DNA of 64,000 nt from an uncultured Alphaproteobacteria bacterium (GTDB lineage Bacteria; Pseudomonadota; Alphaproteobacteria; Rs-D84), in assembly GCA_947054455.1 (NCBI GenBank), contig CAMRWN010000002.1:19976-83975 (forward strand), read 5' to 3'. Below the pieces are notes generated by a model, which was given only the letters and a program-made list of their open reading frames with translations, was not told where the DNA came from and searched no databases. Below are positions 17,401 to 26,274 of this stretch, piece after piece (the first letter of the stretch is position 1; every line of letters starts with the position of its first letter). Made by a program: the position numbers and the translations under genes.

Positions 17401-18266
17401 AAATACCTCCTATGTCTTAATTTATCAGATTTTTTATCAAGTTTTTCGCGCTCTTGCCATTTCGGCCGAAGAATATCAGAAATTTCTTTCCAACTTAACG
17501 GCACGCACGACACAGTTTCGCGAATCTTCTCTTTAACCAGAAAATCCTTGAACCTCTTCTGGTCGCTGAATTCTTGTTGTTCTTCCTCATTATATAATTT
17601 CCAAATATTACGAAGCTTATCGCGAATATACCGAGGCAAACGAATCCATTTACCACCAATACGAACGCTAAACGGAGGATAAGCATAATTCAAAACACGC
17701 TCACGAAATGACTCATCAGTAGCGAATTTCTCAAGTATATCATAAAGTAAACCATACCCTAAGGCAGGTTTCCTCGATGCCAAGAAAAATTCAGGTGTGC
17801 GACCGTCAAGACGAACATCACCTGATTTAGTCATTTTCTTTGTAACATAGCCAGATATATAATCACAACGACCATAAGTCATGTGGTCTATATCGACATT
17901 ACCAAAACGCCAAGCCTTACGTAATGCATCAAAGCAATCACTATCGGCAAAGACAGCAACATGATAATGTGCACGCTCTGTATCATCACCATATTCACCA
18001 ACTAAAAAAGTCCGGGGAGTATAGCCAAGAAAATATTCAAGACGTTTTTTGAACTTTTTAGCAGTTTCCTTGGACAAACAACCATCGGCCGGATAAAACT
18101 CCGGGGAGTAAGTCAATCCAACGAAATAATTATAATTATGGTAACGCATTTCTATTTTAAGCCTATCGGCCCACTCTTTCTTCTTATTCTTCAAACAACC
18201 TGGACACTTACCGCAAGAAGTGAAACCAAGTGAACTTGAATAATTTGGATTTGTACAATAAGCCAT
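17397..18266 (-). CDS. Microviridae replication initiator (VP4/A-like), copy 2
   Basis: Translation identical to 12699-13568. Confidence 0.9.
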   Translation of the reverse strand: MAYCTNPNYSSSLGFTSCGKCPGCLKNKKKEWADRLKIEMRYHNYNYFVGLTYSPEFYPADGCLSKETAKKFKKRLEYFLGYTPRTFLVGEYGDDTERAHYHVAVFADSDCFDALRKAWRFGNVDIDHMTYGRCDYISGYVTKKMTKSGDVRLDGRTPEFFLASRKPALGYGLLYDILEKFATDESFRERVLNYAYPPFSVRIGGKWIRLPRYIRDKLRNIWKLYNEEEQQEFSDQKRFKDFLVKEKIRETVSCVPLSWKEISDILRPKWQEREKLDKKSDKLRHRRYL

Positions 18267-18355
18267 TAATACGTACGCGCACGACGACGGTACAAGCGGC
18301 GTGCACCAGTACGCATACGCAAACGACGACGTAAACGATAACGACGAAATCTCAT
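18266..18355 (-). CDS. 29-aa Arg-rich J/VP8-like protein, copy 2
   Basis: Matches 13568-13657 at +4698. Confidence 0.65.
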   Translation of the reverse strand: MRFRRYRLRRRLRMRTGARRLYRRRARTY

Positions 18356-18380
18356 GCCCTACTCCTATATATAGATGGAT

Positions 18381-18408
18381 AAGGCGCACTATTTATATTA
18401 TGTATAGT
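18381..18408. other. dif-like site (attR, phage-type XerC arm)
   Basis: Same 28-mer as 13683-13710. Identity to the phage ends at 18410, after which host flank begins (tgtgttctgg). Confidence 0.8.
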
Positions 18409-18978
18409 TTTGTGTTCTGGTGGGCGCGAAAATGGCTATTTGTGTATATTTGTATGACTTTAATAAATCGTGTGCGTGGGACTAATTGATTGCTATCTTT
18501 TTATGAGAGTTTATAACGATAAAATGTGTATAAAAATATCTGTTAGTTTTATTATGAAAAAAGTTAATAAATTATTTTTAATAATTAAAATAATTTGTTG
18601 AATATATGAATATAATTTAATTTATCTGTTCGTGTTAAACATACTCATGGTTTATGCTGTTTTTATTATATTTGATGCATATTTGGCATCTGTTATACGT
18701 TTTTGTGTTTTATCATGATTATTTTGTTGCGTGATTATGTGAAAATATGTGGATATCGTCTTGATTTTGGCGGATTTTAATGGATTTTTCGTAAAATAAG
18801 CCGTAAAAACCGTGAAAAACCGCAGAAATCCGGGATTTTTTGCGTTTTTTAATATGTTTTTTACAAATTTTGTGCTTAATTTACCTGATTTGCTGCGGTT
18901 TGCCCTATAAAATACTTGAATTTGATTGGTGCAACGGCTAAAATTTTAACTGTTTAAATTAAAATTTTACCATAGGCG

Positions 18979-21381
18979 ATGAAAATGGCAGACAACATCA
19001 AAAAAATTCACGAGCGCGAAGCAAAATGGCAGCAGCGCTGGGCCCAGTCGGGCGTGTTTACGCCAAAAAACGACGGCAGCAAGCCGAAATACTATAATTT
19101 GATAGAATTCCCCTTCCCCAGCGGTTCCGGATTGCATGTTGGTCATATGCTGCCGTATACGGGGATGGACGTGCTGGCTCGTTTTCGTCGTATGCAGGGT
19201 TATGATGTTCTGTTTCCAATCGGATACGATTCCATGGGCATTTCATCAGAAAAGTACGCCACCAAGATTGGCAAGCATCCCAGCGAGTCGGTCGCGGAAC
19301 TGATAAAGATTTTTGAACGCGACATATCAATTATGGGGCTGTCGTTCGACGAGAATTCAAAGTTGGCGACATCCGACCCGGATTTTATAAAGTGGACACA
19401 ATGGATGTTTATACAGTTTTTCAAGGCGGGACTGGCGTATAAATCCGAACTGCCGATGAACTGGTGTCCGAACTGCCGCACCAATCTTACAAACGAAGAA
19501 CTGGAAGATGGCAAATGCGAACGCTGCCATGGGCCGGTTGAAAAGAGGATGAAGCTGCAGTGGAATTTGGCGATTACCAAGTACGCCGACCGTCTGATTG
19601 ATGATTTGTCGCTGGTGGATTATCCGTCGCGCGTCAAAACCGAACAGATAAACTGGATTGGGCGTTCGCATGGCGCGGACATCGACTTTATGGTTGGTGA
19701 TGACAAGATGACGATTTATACGACGCGTCCGGACACGATATTTGGTGCGACATTCTGTGTTATCGCGCCCGAGCATGCGCTTGTTAAAAAATGGCTGGAT
19801 GAGGGGCGTATTGAAAATGCCGACCATGTGCGTGAATACATTGCGGCCGCGCGCGCCAAAACAGAAATAGAACGTACCGACGCAACCAAGGAAAAAACGG
19901 GTGTGGAACTGCGCGGGATTCGTGCGACAAACCCGTTCAGCGGTGCGCAGATTCCTGTTTTTGTGGCGGATTATGTATTGGCGGATTACGGATTTGGCGC
20001 GATTATGGCGGTGCCGGCGCATGACGGCCGCGACTGGGATTTTGCGAAAAAATTTGGTCTGGATATAATTCCGGTTTTGGCCGGCGGGCGCCCGGACCAG
20101 GTGTGGGAAGGCGACGGCACGCACATAAATTCAGGATTTCTGGACGGCATGGACAAGGCCGATGCAATAGATGCCGCGATAAAGTTTGGCGCACAGCACG
20201 GTTTCGCACGCGGCACCACGAAGTATAAGTTAAAAGATTGGGGGTTTTCGCGTCAGATGTACTGGGGCGAACCGATCCCGCTGGTCTATTGCGAAAAATG
20301 CGGATGGGTTCCGGTTCCTGACGACCAGCTGCCGCTGATGCAGCCGTATATGTCTGACTACAGACCGACGGATGACGGGGAAAGCCCGCTGGCACGTGCG
20401 ACGGAATGGGTAAATACAACCTGCCCCCATTGCGGCGGTGCGGCCCGTCGCGAGACGGATACAATGCCGCAGTGGGCCGGTTCTTCGTGGTATTTTATGC
20501 GCTATCTGGATTCTAAAAATGATAATGAATTCTGCAATCGCGCCCAGTTGGAAAAATGGATGCCTGTCGACCATTACAACGGCGGGATGGAACATACCAC
20601 GCGCCATCTGCTGTATTCACGTTTTTGGTACAAGGCACTGTACGATTTGGGGTATGTCCCCGGTGTTGAACCGTATGTCAAGCGCACCAGCAGCGGCCTG
20701 CTGATGGCGGCGGACGGTACAAAGATGTCAAAATCGCGCGGAAACACCGTCCCCAGTTCCGATGTTGTTGAACGCAGCGGCGCAGACGCATGCCGTCTGA
20801 CGATTTTGTATCTGGGGCCGTGGGAGCAAAATGTAAACTGGTCCGAGGACACGCTGCGCGGTGTTGAACGCTTTTTGCGCCGGATTGAGAACATGGCGGA
20901 CAATTTGACCGATGATGCGATGACGACCGAACAGGAACGTTTGGTGCATCAGTTGATTGCGGACATGACCGAGCGTATTGCGGAAATGCGTCTGAATACC
21001 GCGATTTCTGCGATGATGGAATATCTGAACGCGTTTTCGGGCAAAATGCCCCGCCCCGCATATGAAACATTGCTGCAGATGTTGAACCCGTTCGCGCCCC
21101 ATTTGACCGAAGAAATCTGGGAAAAATTGGGGCATTCGGAAATGCTGGTGTTTCATCCGTGGCCCGCGTATGACGCGTCCAAGCTTTCCCGTGCGGAAAT
21201 GACGATTGTTGCATCCGTAAACGGCAAGCGCGCAGCTGATTTCAGCATGCCGGTTGGCGCCGCAGAGGCTGATATTATCGCTGCGGCCCGCACGGCGGCA
21301 GCGGCCAAGTTGGCCGGGGCCGAGATAATTAAAACAATTGTCGTTCCCAATAAATTGGTGAACTTTGTGGTGAAAAAGTAA
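18979..21381 (+). CDS. leuS: Leucine--tRNA ligase
   Basis: 800 aa with HVGH (HIGH-type) and KMSKS motifs and a CP1 editing-domain-sized insertion. Confidence 0.93.
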   Translation: MKMADNIKKIHEREAKWQQRWAQSGVFTPKNDGSKPKYYNLIEFPFPSGSGLHVGHMLPYTGMDVLARFRRMQGYDVLFPIGYDSMGISSEKYATKIGKHPSESVAELIKIFERDISIMGLSFDENSKLATSDPDFIKWTQWMFIQFFKAGLAYKSELPMNWCPNCRTNLTNEELEDGKCERCHGPVEKRMKLQWNLAITKYADRLIDDLSLVDYPSRVKTEQINWIGRSHGADIDFMVGDDKMTIYTTRPDTIFGATFCVIAPEHALVKKWLDEGRIENADHVREYIAAARAKTEIERTDATKEKTGVELRGIRATNPFSGAQIPVFVADYVLADYGFGAIMAVPAHDGRDWDFAKKFGLDIIPVLAGGRPDQVWEGDGTHINSGFLDGMDKADAIDAAIKFGAQHGFARGTTKYKLKDWGFSRQMYWGEPIPLVYCEKCGWVPVPDDQLPLMQPYMSDYRPTDDGESPLARATEWVNTTCPHCGGAARRETDTMPQWAGSSWYFMRYLDSKNDNEFCNRAQLEKWMPVDHYNGGMEHTTRHLLYSRFWYKALYDLGYVPGVEPYVKRTSSGLLMAADGTKMSKSRGNTVPSSDVVERSGADACRLTILYLGPWEQNVNWSEDTLRGVERFLRRIENMADNLTDDAMTTEQERLVHQLIADMTERIAEMRLNTAISAMMEYLNAFSGKMPRPAYETLLQMLNPFAPHLTEEIWEKLGHSEMLVFHPWPAYDASKLSRAEMTIVASVNGKRAADFSMPVGAAEADIIAAARTAAAAKLAGAEIIKTIVVPNKLVNFVVKK

Positions 21382-21383
21382 AA

Positions 21384-21415
21384 TAATCCCGCCATTTGGC
21401 GGGATTATTTTTTTA
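21384..21415. terminator. Bidirectional terminator between leuS and the convergent Cys-rich gene
   Basis: ataatcccgcc/ggcgggattat stem flanked by A- and T-runs. Confidence 0.7.
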
Positions 21416-22057
21416 TTCGGTATAATAGCATTTAGATGTGTATGTGAAATCACCTGTGTTATCGGAACTGTCGTTCGTCATATAACAGTCGGTTATTTCT
21501 GAATTTCTTCCCACGTCGGACAGTCCATATATTCCACCCGATGATGGACAGCGCGTGCAGCCCTTTAAATTGCCAATCATTTGTAGTTTGGGTGGCGTGC
21601 CGTAATACCCGGACGCACAGCGGTATTCTGTACTTTTTGTGCACAAGCATGTCTTGGTATTGCATGTTGCGTTGGTTCTTTGTTGATACCCGGTGCCGGC
21701 GGCTGTCCAAGTTGAAGAATCGCAGTCGCTGCATGTTCCGTTGCATATTATTGGGTCGATGTCGCCGCCAATATCGGCTTTGCAATAATAATATGTGATA
21801 TTTCCGGTGCATGTGGTTAATGTTGTAGTTGTTTCGGTCAGGGTATATCCGCTGTCGCAGGTGTTGCATGTGCGAATTTTTGCGCCGGAATAGCAAGTGT
21901 CAGAATAACTGCTGCAATTGCGTATGTTATTTATCGGCCCTGAAGTATCCAAACCCGAACACGCGGCTGGCCGACATACCGGATTAATTGCTGTGGCAGC
22001 ATTGAGTGGCAGTAATGGCGCCATCATGGCGCCGATTAAAATACTTTTTGATTTCAT
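21413..22057 (-). CDS. Secreted cysteine-rich protein (paralog family)
   Basis: 214 aa with signal peptide MKSKSILIGAMMAPLLPLNAATA, many Cys, and C-terminal CASGYYG..CTRCP..ITDCY..TSKCYY. Confidence 0.7.
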   Translation of the reverse strand: MKSKSILIGAMMAPLLPLNAATAINPVCRPAACSGLDTSGPINNIRNCSSYSDTCYSGAKIRTCNTCDSGYTLTETTTTLTTCTGNITYYYCKADIGGDIDPIICNGTCSDCDSSTWTAAGTGYQQRTNATCNTKTCLCTKSTEYRCASGYYGTPPKLQMIGNLKGCTRCPSSGGIYGLSDVGRNSEITDCYMTNDSSDNTGDFTYTSKCYYTE

Positions 22058-22330
22058 TGTTCAATCTCCTGATTTTTTTGAATAAAAAACCACCAAGATT
22101 TTGGTGGTCAGGAGGTTGAGAACAATCTAAAGAATTGCGCTGTGTATTTTTTATTTCACAGCCCTCCTGACCGAACAGCCAGGAGTTTAATTTTCGTCGT
22201 AATATTAAAACAGCGCAATTTACGCGCCATAAGTATATATTCCGACGCTTTAGAAGAGGTTCTCACGCCTCATCATTGGAATCCCCAATGACAAATAAAA
22301 TTATATAACAGTTTGTGTAAAAACACAAGA
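22058..22330 (-). promoter_or_regulatory. Structured ~235-nt 5' leader with intrinsic terminator upstream of the Cys-rich gene
   Basis: On the minus strand: TTGTGT-17 nt-TATAAT (22328-22300); a 10-bp helix 22106-22115/22163-22172 (GGTCAGGAGG/CCTCCTGACC) enclosing a hairpin; an ACCACCAA/TTGGTGGT terminator with U-run (22083-22108); then an AGGAG SD. Confidence 0.5.
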
Positions 22331-22365
22331 CATATAGTTATATTATACTGTATAATGGCTTATAT

Positions 22366-22393
22366 AAAAAATCCCCCGAAACGGGGGATTTTT
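22366..22393 (-). terminator. Terminator after rpiB
   Basis: atcccccg/cgggggat hairpin flanked by A- and T-runs. Confidence 0.7.
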
Positions 22394-22838
22394 ACGAGAT
22401 TTTTTCAATTCTGCGAACGCGTCGCTCAATATTGTCAAACGGGCTTTCCAGAAATGTCTGGGCGCACATGAACGCCATTTCTATGTCGATGTCATCCGCC
22501 GCCAGCGCCAGCACGTTGATGTCATCGTGAAAACGGTCTTCGCGTGCCTGGGTCGGGTTGTCGCATCTTGATGCACGTATATGGCGATAGCGGTTGGCCG
22601 CAATCATCACCCCTGCCCCTGTGCCACAAATCAATATCCCGCGCGAATTGCGGTCGGCGGCCATGGCGTCGGCCATTGTCGCCGCAACATCCGGGTAATC
22701 CGCAGATACATTCGGGTCGTCTACGCCCAGATTAACCACGATGTATCCGGCCGCGGTCAGCATTTCTATCATGTATAATTTCAGGCCAACCCCGCGGTGG
22801 TCTGATGCGATGTATACCTTGGATACGGTTTTGTTCAT
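22392..22838 (-). CDS. rpiB: Ribose-5-phosphate isomerase B
   Basis: RpiB/LacAB family (IASDHRGVGLK, ILICGTGAGV). Start set at ATG 22838, which overlaps the bactofilin stop (ATGA). Confidence 0.85.
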   Translation of the reverse strand: MNKTVSKVYIASDHRGVGLKLYMIEMLTAAGYIVVNLGVDDPNVSADYPDVAATMADAMAADRNSRGILICGTGAGVMIAANRYRHIRASRCDNPTQAREDRFHDDINVLALAADDIDIEMAFMCAQTFLESPFDNIERRVRRIEKIS

Positions 22839-23185
22839 TTTTCCTTGTCCTTTCGTTTTGTCAGCTTGCATTCCAGCGCGGTGTTGCCCGTGATGTTCAG
22901 CGTATTATAAGACAGCGTGCCGGTCATTTGCGCCGCGCTGTACATGTTTGCAATGTTTACCGTTGCAGGCCCGTCCAGCGTTCCGTGCAGGAACAGATTG
23001 GATGCGGTTATTTTCCCTGCAACCCGGCCGCCGCGGCCGATTACAACCGTTTCCGCGGTTATGTTTCCTACAACATGGCCGTGGATTTGAACGGTGTCAT
23101 CGGTTTTTATATCCCCGGTCAGCTTGCAGCCCGCCCCGATAATTGTCGGGGATTGTTTTTCTTTCGCGTTTGTAAATGCCAGCAT
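22835..23185 (-). CDS. Bactofilin (CcmA/BacA-like polymer-forming protein)
   Basis: 116 aa made of beta-helical bactofilin-type repeats (IIGAGCKLTGDIKTDDTVQIHGHVVGNITAETVVIGRGGRVAG). Confidence 0.8.
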   Translation of the reverse strand: MLAFTNAKEKQSPTIIGAGCKLTGDIKTDDTVQIHGHVVGNITAETVVIGRGGRVAGKITASNLFLHGTLDGPATVNIANMYSAAQMTGTLSYNTLNITGNTALECKLTKRKDKEK

Positions 23186-23189
23186 TTCT

Positions 23190-24467
23190 TTATTCCTTTA
23201 CAAATTTTGTCGGGTCGAACGGCGCGCCCTTGTATCTGATTTCGTAATGCAGGTGCGGGCCGGTTGAACGGCCAGACGACCCGCCCAGACCAACCACGGT
23301 CCCGGGCCGCACCCAGTCGCCGCGTGAAACGGTTATCTGGGACAGATGCGCGTACAGCGTTGAAAAGCCCAGCCCGTGGTCAATTTCAACGGTTGTCCCG
23401 TATCCGACGCGTTCGCCCGCCGATACGACGCGCCCCGGTGCGACAGCCATCAGTTCGGTTCCTATCTTGCCGGCAAAATCAATGCCGCGATGTTTCTTGG
23501 GCTTGCCTGTAAAGGGGTCATTTCGCATGCCGAAATTTGATGTTATGCGAACACGGGACACAGGCGCCCCCAGCGGTAAAATATGGTTCAGTTTTGCCAG
23601 GCCGTTCCATAATTCCAGATTGTCGGCCAATTTTTGGTATTTGGGATCCAGCTCGCGCTCGATTTCTAGGGGGCTGAATGCGGCGCCGACCAGCGGATTT
23701 GAATATTTGTTCGCCTTGGCCACCAGATTCTTTTCAGACAGTCCCAAAACAGCAATTGTGCCGTTTATTTTCTTTATGTTTTTCCGCAGTTCTTCAATGT
23801 TTTCGGTGGTTATGCGCGACACGGTGTCCACAATCTGCATGTCGGCGTCGGCCACGGACTGCATTGTTTCGACGATTTGGCCGTTGCGTTTTTTCAGTTC
23901 TTCGTTCTCGGCGCGGGTCAATTCGTATTCAACGGACAGTTCGGCCAGTTTTGAATATTCCGGCGCATAGTCTTCGTTGGTGAACATTTCCGTCAGGCGC
24001 GTGCGCAGAAAATCCAGTTCACCCCATGTCTTGACGCGGCGGTTCATCAGTTCTTCTTTCTGGGCGTCGGTCAGTTTCTGGTCGTTTAATATTTTGTCGT
24101 CTATGACGTTCAGGTTGCGCGTCAATTCATTGTATTTGGCCAGATATGTCTGCAAATCCGTCATATGTCGCGCGTGCGCGGCGCGCGTTTCTTCCAATTG
24201 CTGGGTGCGTTTTTGCAGCATCGGGCGGTGATACACGAAAACATATGTCGACCATGCGGCCCAAACCAACAGCCCTATTTTTCCGCAAAATTTTGTAAAG
24301 CGCCAAAAACTGCTTTGCCGAAATGTGTAAACATTGCCGCGTGGCGTGTCCATAACGGTGAATTCGCGCGGCGGAAACATGCGCACTATGGCGCGCCAGA
24401 CGGCCCGGAACGGCGACGTAATCAGCGACCACAGCGATGAAAAATATCTTGTTATAAAATTAATCAT
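23190..24467 (-). CDS. Membrane-anchored coiled-coil M23 peptidase (LmdC/Csd-like)
   Basis: 425 aa with an N-terminal TM, a coiled coil, and M23 motifs HRGIDFAG and GPHLHYEI. Confidence 0.85.
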   Translation of the reverse strand: MINFITRYFSSLWSLITSPFRAVWRAIVRMFPPREFTVMDTPRGNVYTFRQSSFWRFTKFCGKIGLLVWAAWSTYVFVYHRPMLQKRTQQLEETRAAHARHMTDLQTYLAKYNELTRNLNVIDDKILNDQKLTDAQKEELMNRRVKTWGELDFLRTRLTEMFTNEDYAPEYSKLAELSVEYELTRAENEELKKRNGQIVETMQSVADADMQIVDTVSRITTENIEELRKNIKKINGTIAVLGLSEKNLVAKANKYSNPLVGAAFSPLEIERELDPKYQKLADNLELWNGLAKLNHILPLGAPVSRVRITSNFGMRNDPFTGKPKKHRGIDFAGKIGTELMAVAPGRVVSAGERVGYGTTVEIDHGLGFSTLYAHLSQITVSRGDWVRPGTVVGLGGSSGRSTGPHLHYEIRYKGAPFDPTKFVKE

Positions 24468-25150
24468 TATGCGTCCAGTCTAGCCAATGCGTCGGAAATA
24501 GTCAAGCCGCCTCTCAAAACATCCTCGCAGTTCATGGACAGGCCGCCGTGCAGAACGGTCGGGCCGCGGGTTCCGGCGCGTGCGCCTATCAGTACGCGTT
24601 CCGCGGTGCGTTTGGCCCCGAACAGTGGTATTATTGTTATGTCGCCGCATGTTTCGTTAATCGCCGATATCGCGTCGGCCGCGCATGCCGCGTCCACAAT
24701 CATACAGAAATGCCCGCGCGGTTTCACGCGCCGCAGCGCGCAGCGCGTCCATCCGCGTATGTCCGCATTGTGATGGGCGTTGTGTGCGGCGGGCGTTCCC
24801 TTGAAATATGGCGGATTGGTCATGACCAAATCAAATGTCCTTTCCGTGCGCCATGACATTATGTCGCCCGGTATCAATTCTATTTCGCGGTTGTTCAGTG
24901 CGGCATTTTTGCGGCATTCGTCCATCATGTCGGGCGATATGTCCAGCCCGAAAACGCGCGCGTCCGGGTTGTGGTGCATCAGACACAATGCCGCCCCGCC
25001 CGTTCCGATGCCCGCGTCCAGAACGGTTTTTGCCTGCCGGGCGCCGGCAAACGCGGCCAGCCATACCGCATCCGACGTAGGATTATATATGCCCCGCCGT
25101 ATCATGACGCGTTCGCCCATAAGTCCAAAAATAGCTTGTTTTTGAGTCAT
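24467..25150 (-). CDS. N6-adenine-type SAM methyltransferase (TrmN6/YfiC-like)
   Basis: Motifs DAGIGTGGAAL and NPPYF. The stop overlaps the M23 start (TAATG). The ORF-track start at 25177 is also possible. Confidence 0.7.
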   Translation of the reverse strand: MTQKQAIFGLMGERVMIRRGIYNPTSDAVWLAAFAGARQAKTVLDAGIGTGGAALCLMHHNPDARVFGLDISPDMMDECRKNAALNNREIELIPGDIMSWRTERTFDLVMTNPPYFKGTPAAHNAHHNADIRGWTRCALRRVKPRGHFCMIVDAACAADAISAINETCGDITIIPLFGAKRTAERVLIGARAGTRGPTVLHGGLSMNCEDVLRGGLTISDALARLDA

Positions 25151-25188
25151 GCATATATAATAATTCAACAAAATCAAAAGGCAAGTTT

Positions 25189-26196
25189 ATGTTTGATGAT
25201 GCGGTTATAGTTCAAAGCGCGATGAGTGCGTTCAATAATGCGGCCCTGGCGGCGCCGGCATTTTTGTGGTGGGCGATTTTGGCGACGCCTTTGTTTGTAA
25301 TGGTTTACTGGTGCGGCAATTCGTTCCGGGAAAAAATCGGATGGGCGCGTGATGTGCTGTTGAAAAAGGTGTCTGTGTGGACGGTTTTTCTGACGCTGGC
25401 CTGGATTGTGCTGTTTGGTGGAAATTATGGTGTTTTGCGTGATACGGCATCGACCCTGCCCTTTATGGTTGCTGCAATTGTGTTTGTCGCCGTGTTGTTT
25501 TTGTCGTCAAATACGCGGGACGTTAAATTGCCATCGTGGCGTGGCGGTTCCGTGCGCGGTCGCATAAAGATTGCTGCTGTGGTGCTTTTGGGTGTTGCGG
25601 CGCTGGGGCTGTCCGACATGCATGCATGGTGGGGGCCGTTGTTGCAGATAGGCGCGGCGGCGGCCGGCGCGGTGCTGGGGCGCATCGGACGCGGTGAAAT
25701 GCGGTTGGTGCCGGGGGGCGTGCTGGTAATGCTGGCCGCGACAACTGCAATTTTGATGCAGCCGGAATTTTTCCGCTTTGGCCAATTGGGAACGCTGACG
25801 CTGGCGCATCTGGTTGGATTGATGTCAGTCGGTGTTGCCGCCGCCGCGGCAATCGCGCTGCGCAATGTGCGCCCGTGCGGACGGATTCACCGGTCCGCAT
25901 ATATAAAGCTTAAATGGATGATGCGGTTTGTGGCGCTGCTGGGGCTGGCGCTGTTCGGGCTGACGGAATCCGTTCCGGTGTTTTTGGGAACGACGGTTGT
26001 GTTTTTTGTGATGTTCGCAATGTCGGTATGGCATGCCAAGATTATTCCGGCCGCACTGGGCGACAAGATGTTTGCCGTCATGATGTGTGCGTTCGGTGTT
26101 ATAACGACCATGCCGGCGATAACGGCGCTGGGGATATTGTATTGGATGTCCGTGCCGTCCGGCAACACATGGCGCGATGCCAAGTTCTTGTTATAA
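25189..26196 (+). CDS. Polytopic inner-membrane protein, unknown function
   Basis: 335 aa with multiple hydrophobic helices. No motif recognised. Confidence 0.55.
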   Translation: MFDDAVIVQSAMSAFNNAALAAPAFLWWAILATPLFVMVYWCGNSFREKIGWARDVLLKKVSVWTVFLTLAWIVLFGGNYGVLRDTASTLPFMVAAIVFVAVLFLSSNTRDVKLPSWRGGSVRGRIKIAAVVLLGVAALGLSDMHAWWGPLLQIGAAAAGAVLGRIGRGEMRLVPGGVLVMLAATTAILMQPEFFRFGQLGTLTLAHLVGLMSVGVAAAAAIALRNVRPCGRIHRSAYIKLKWMMRFVALLGLALFGLTESVPVFLGTTVVFFVMFAMSVWHAKIIPAALGDKMFAVMMCAFGVITTMPAITALGILYWMSVPSGNTWRDAKFLL

Positions 26197-26274
26197 TTGG
26201 TTATATTTATTTAATACCAATCATATGCTTTATAATGTATCCTGTACGCGATATTAACCAAAGCGAGATATATT

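Larger units (their letters stand above)
8985..18408 (-). mobile_element. Integrated Microviridae prophage, two identical tandem copies (unit 4698 bp)
   Basis: Every ORF at 9222-13691 recurs with identical translation at +4698. Capsid, pilot and Rep genes are present. Three dif-like 28-mers lie at 8985, 13683 and 18381. Confidence 0.93.

Noticed and set aside
9014-18381. Whether the large repeat could be a CRISPR array, an rRNA operon duplication or an IS element.
   Set aside because: The unit is 4698 bp of protein-coding phage genes. There are no short repeat-spacer periodicity, no rRNA signatures, and no transposase or terminal inverted repeats.
8985-18410. Possibility that the tandem phage dimer is an assembly artefact (a circular genome concatenated into a host contig).
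   Set aside because: Not fully excluded. Host genes lie on both sides, and the three junctions form the specific hybrid pattern expected from site-specific recombination: CATAA arm only at the left, CACTA at the middle and right. A random chimera would not produce this. Read-level confirmation is still needed.
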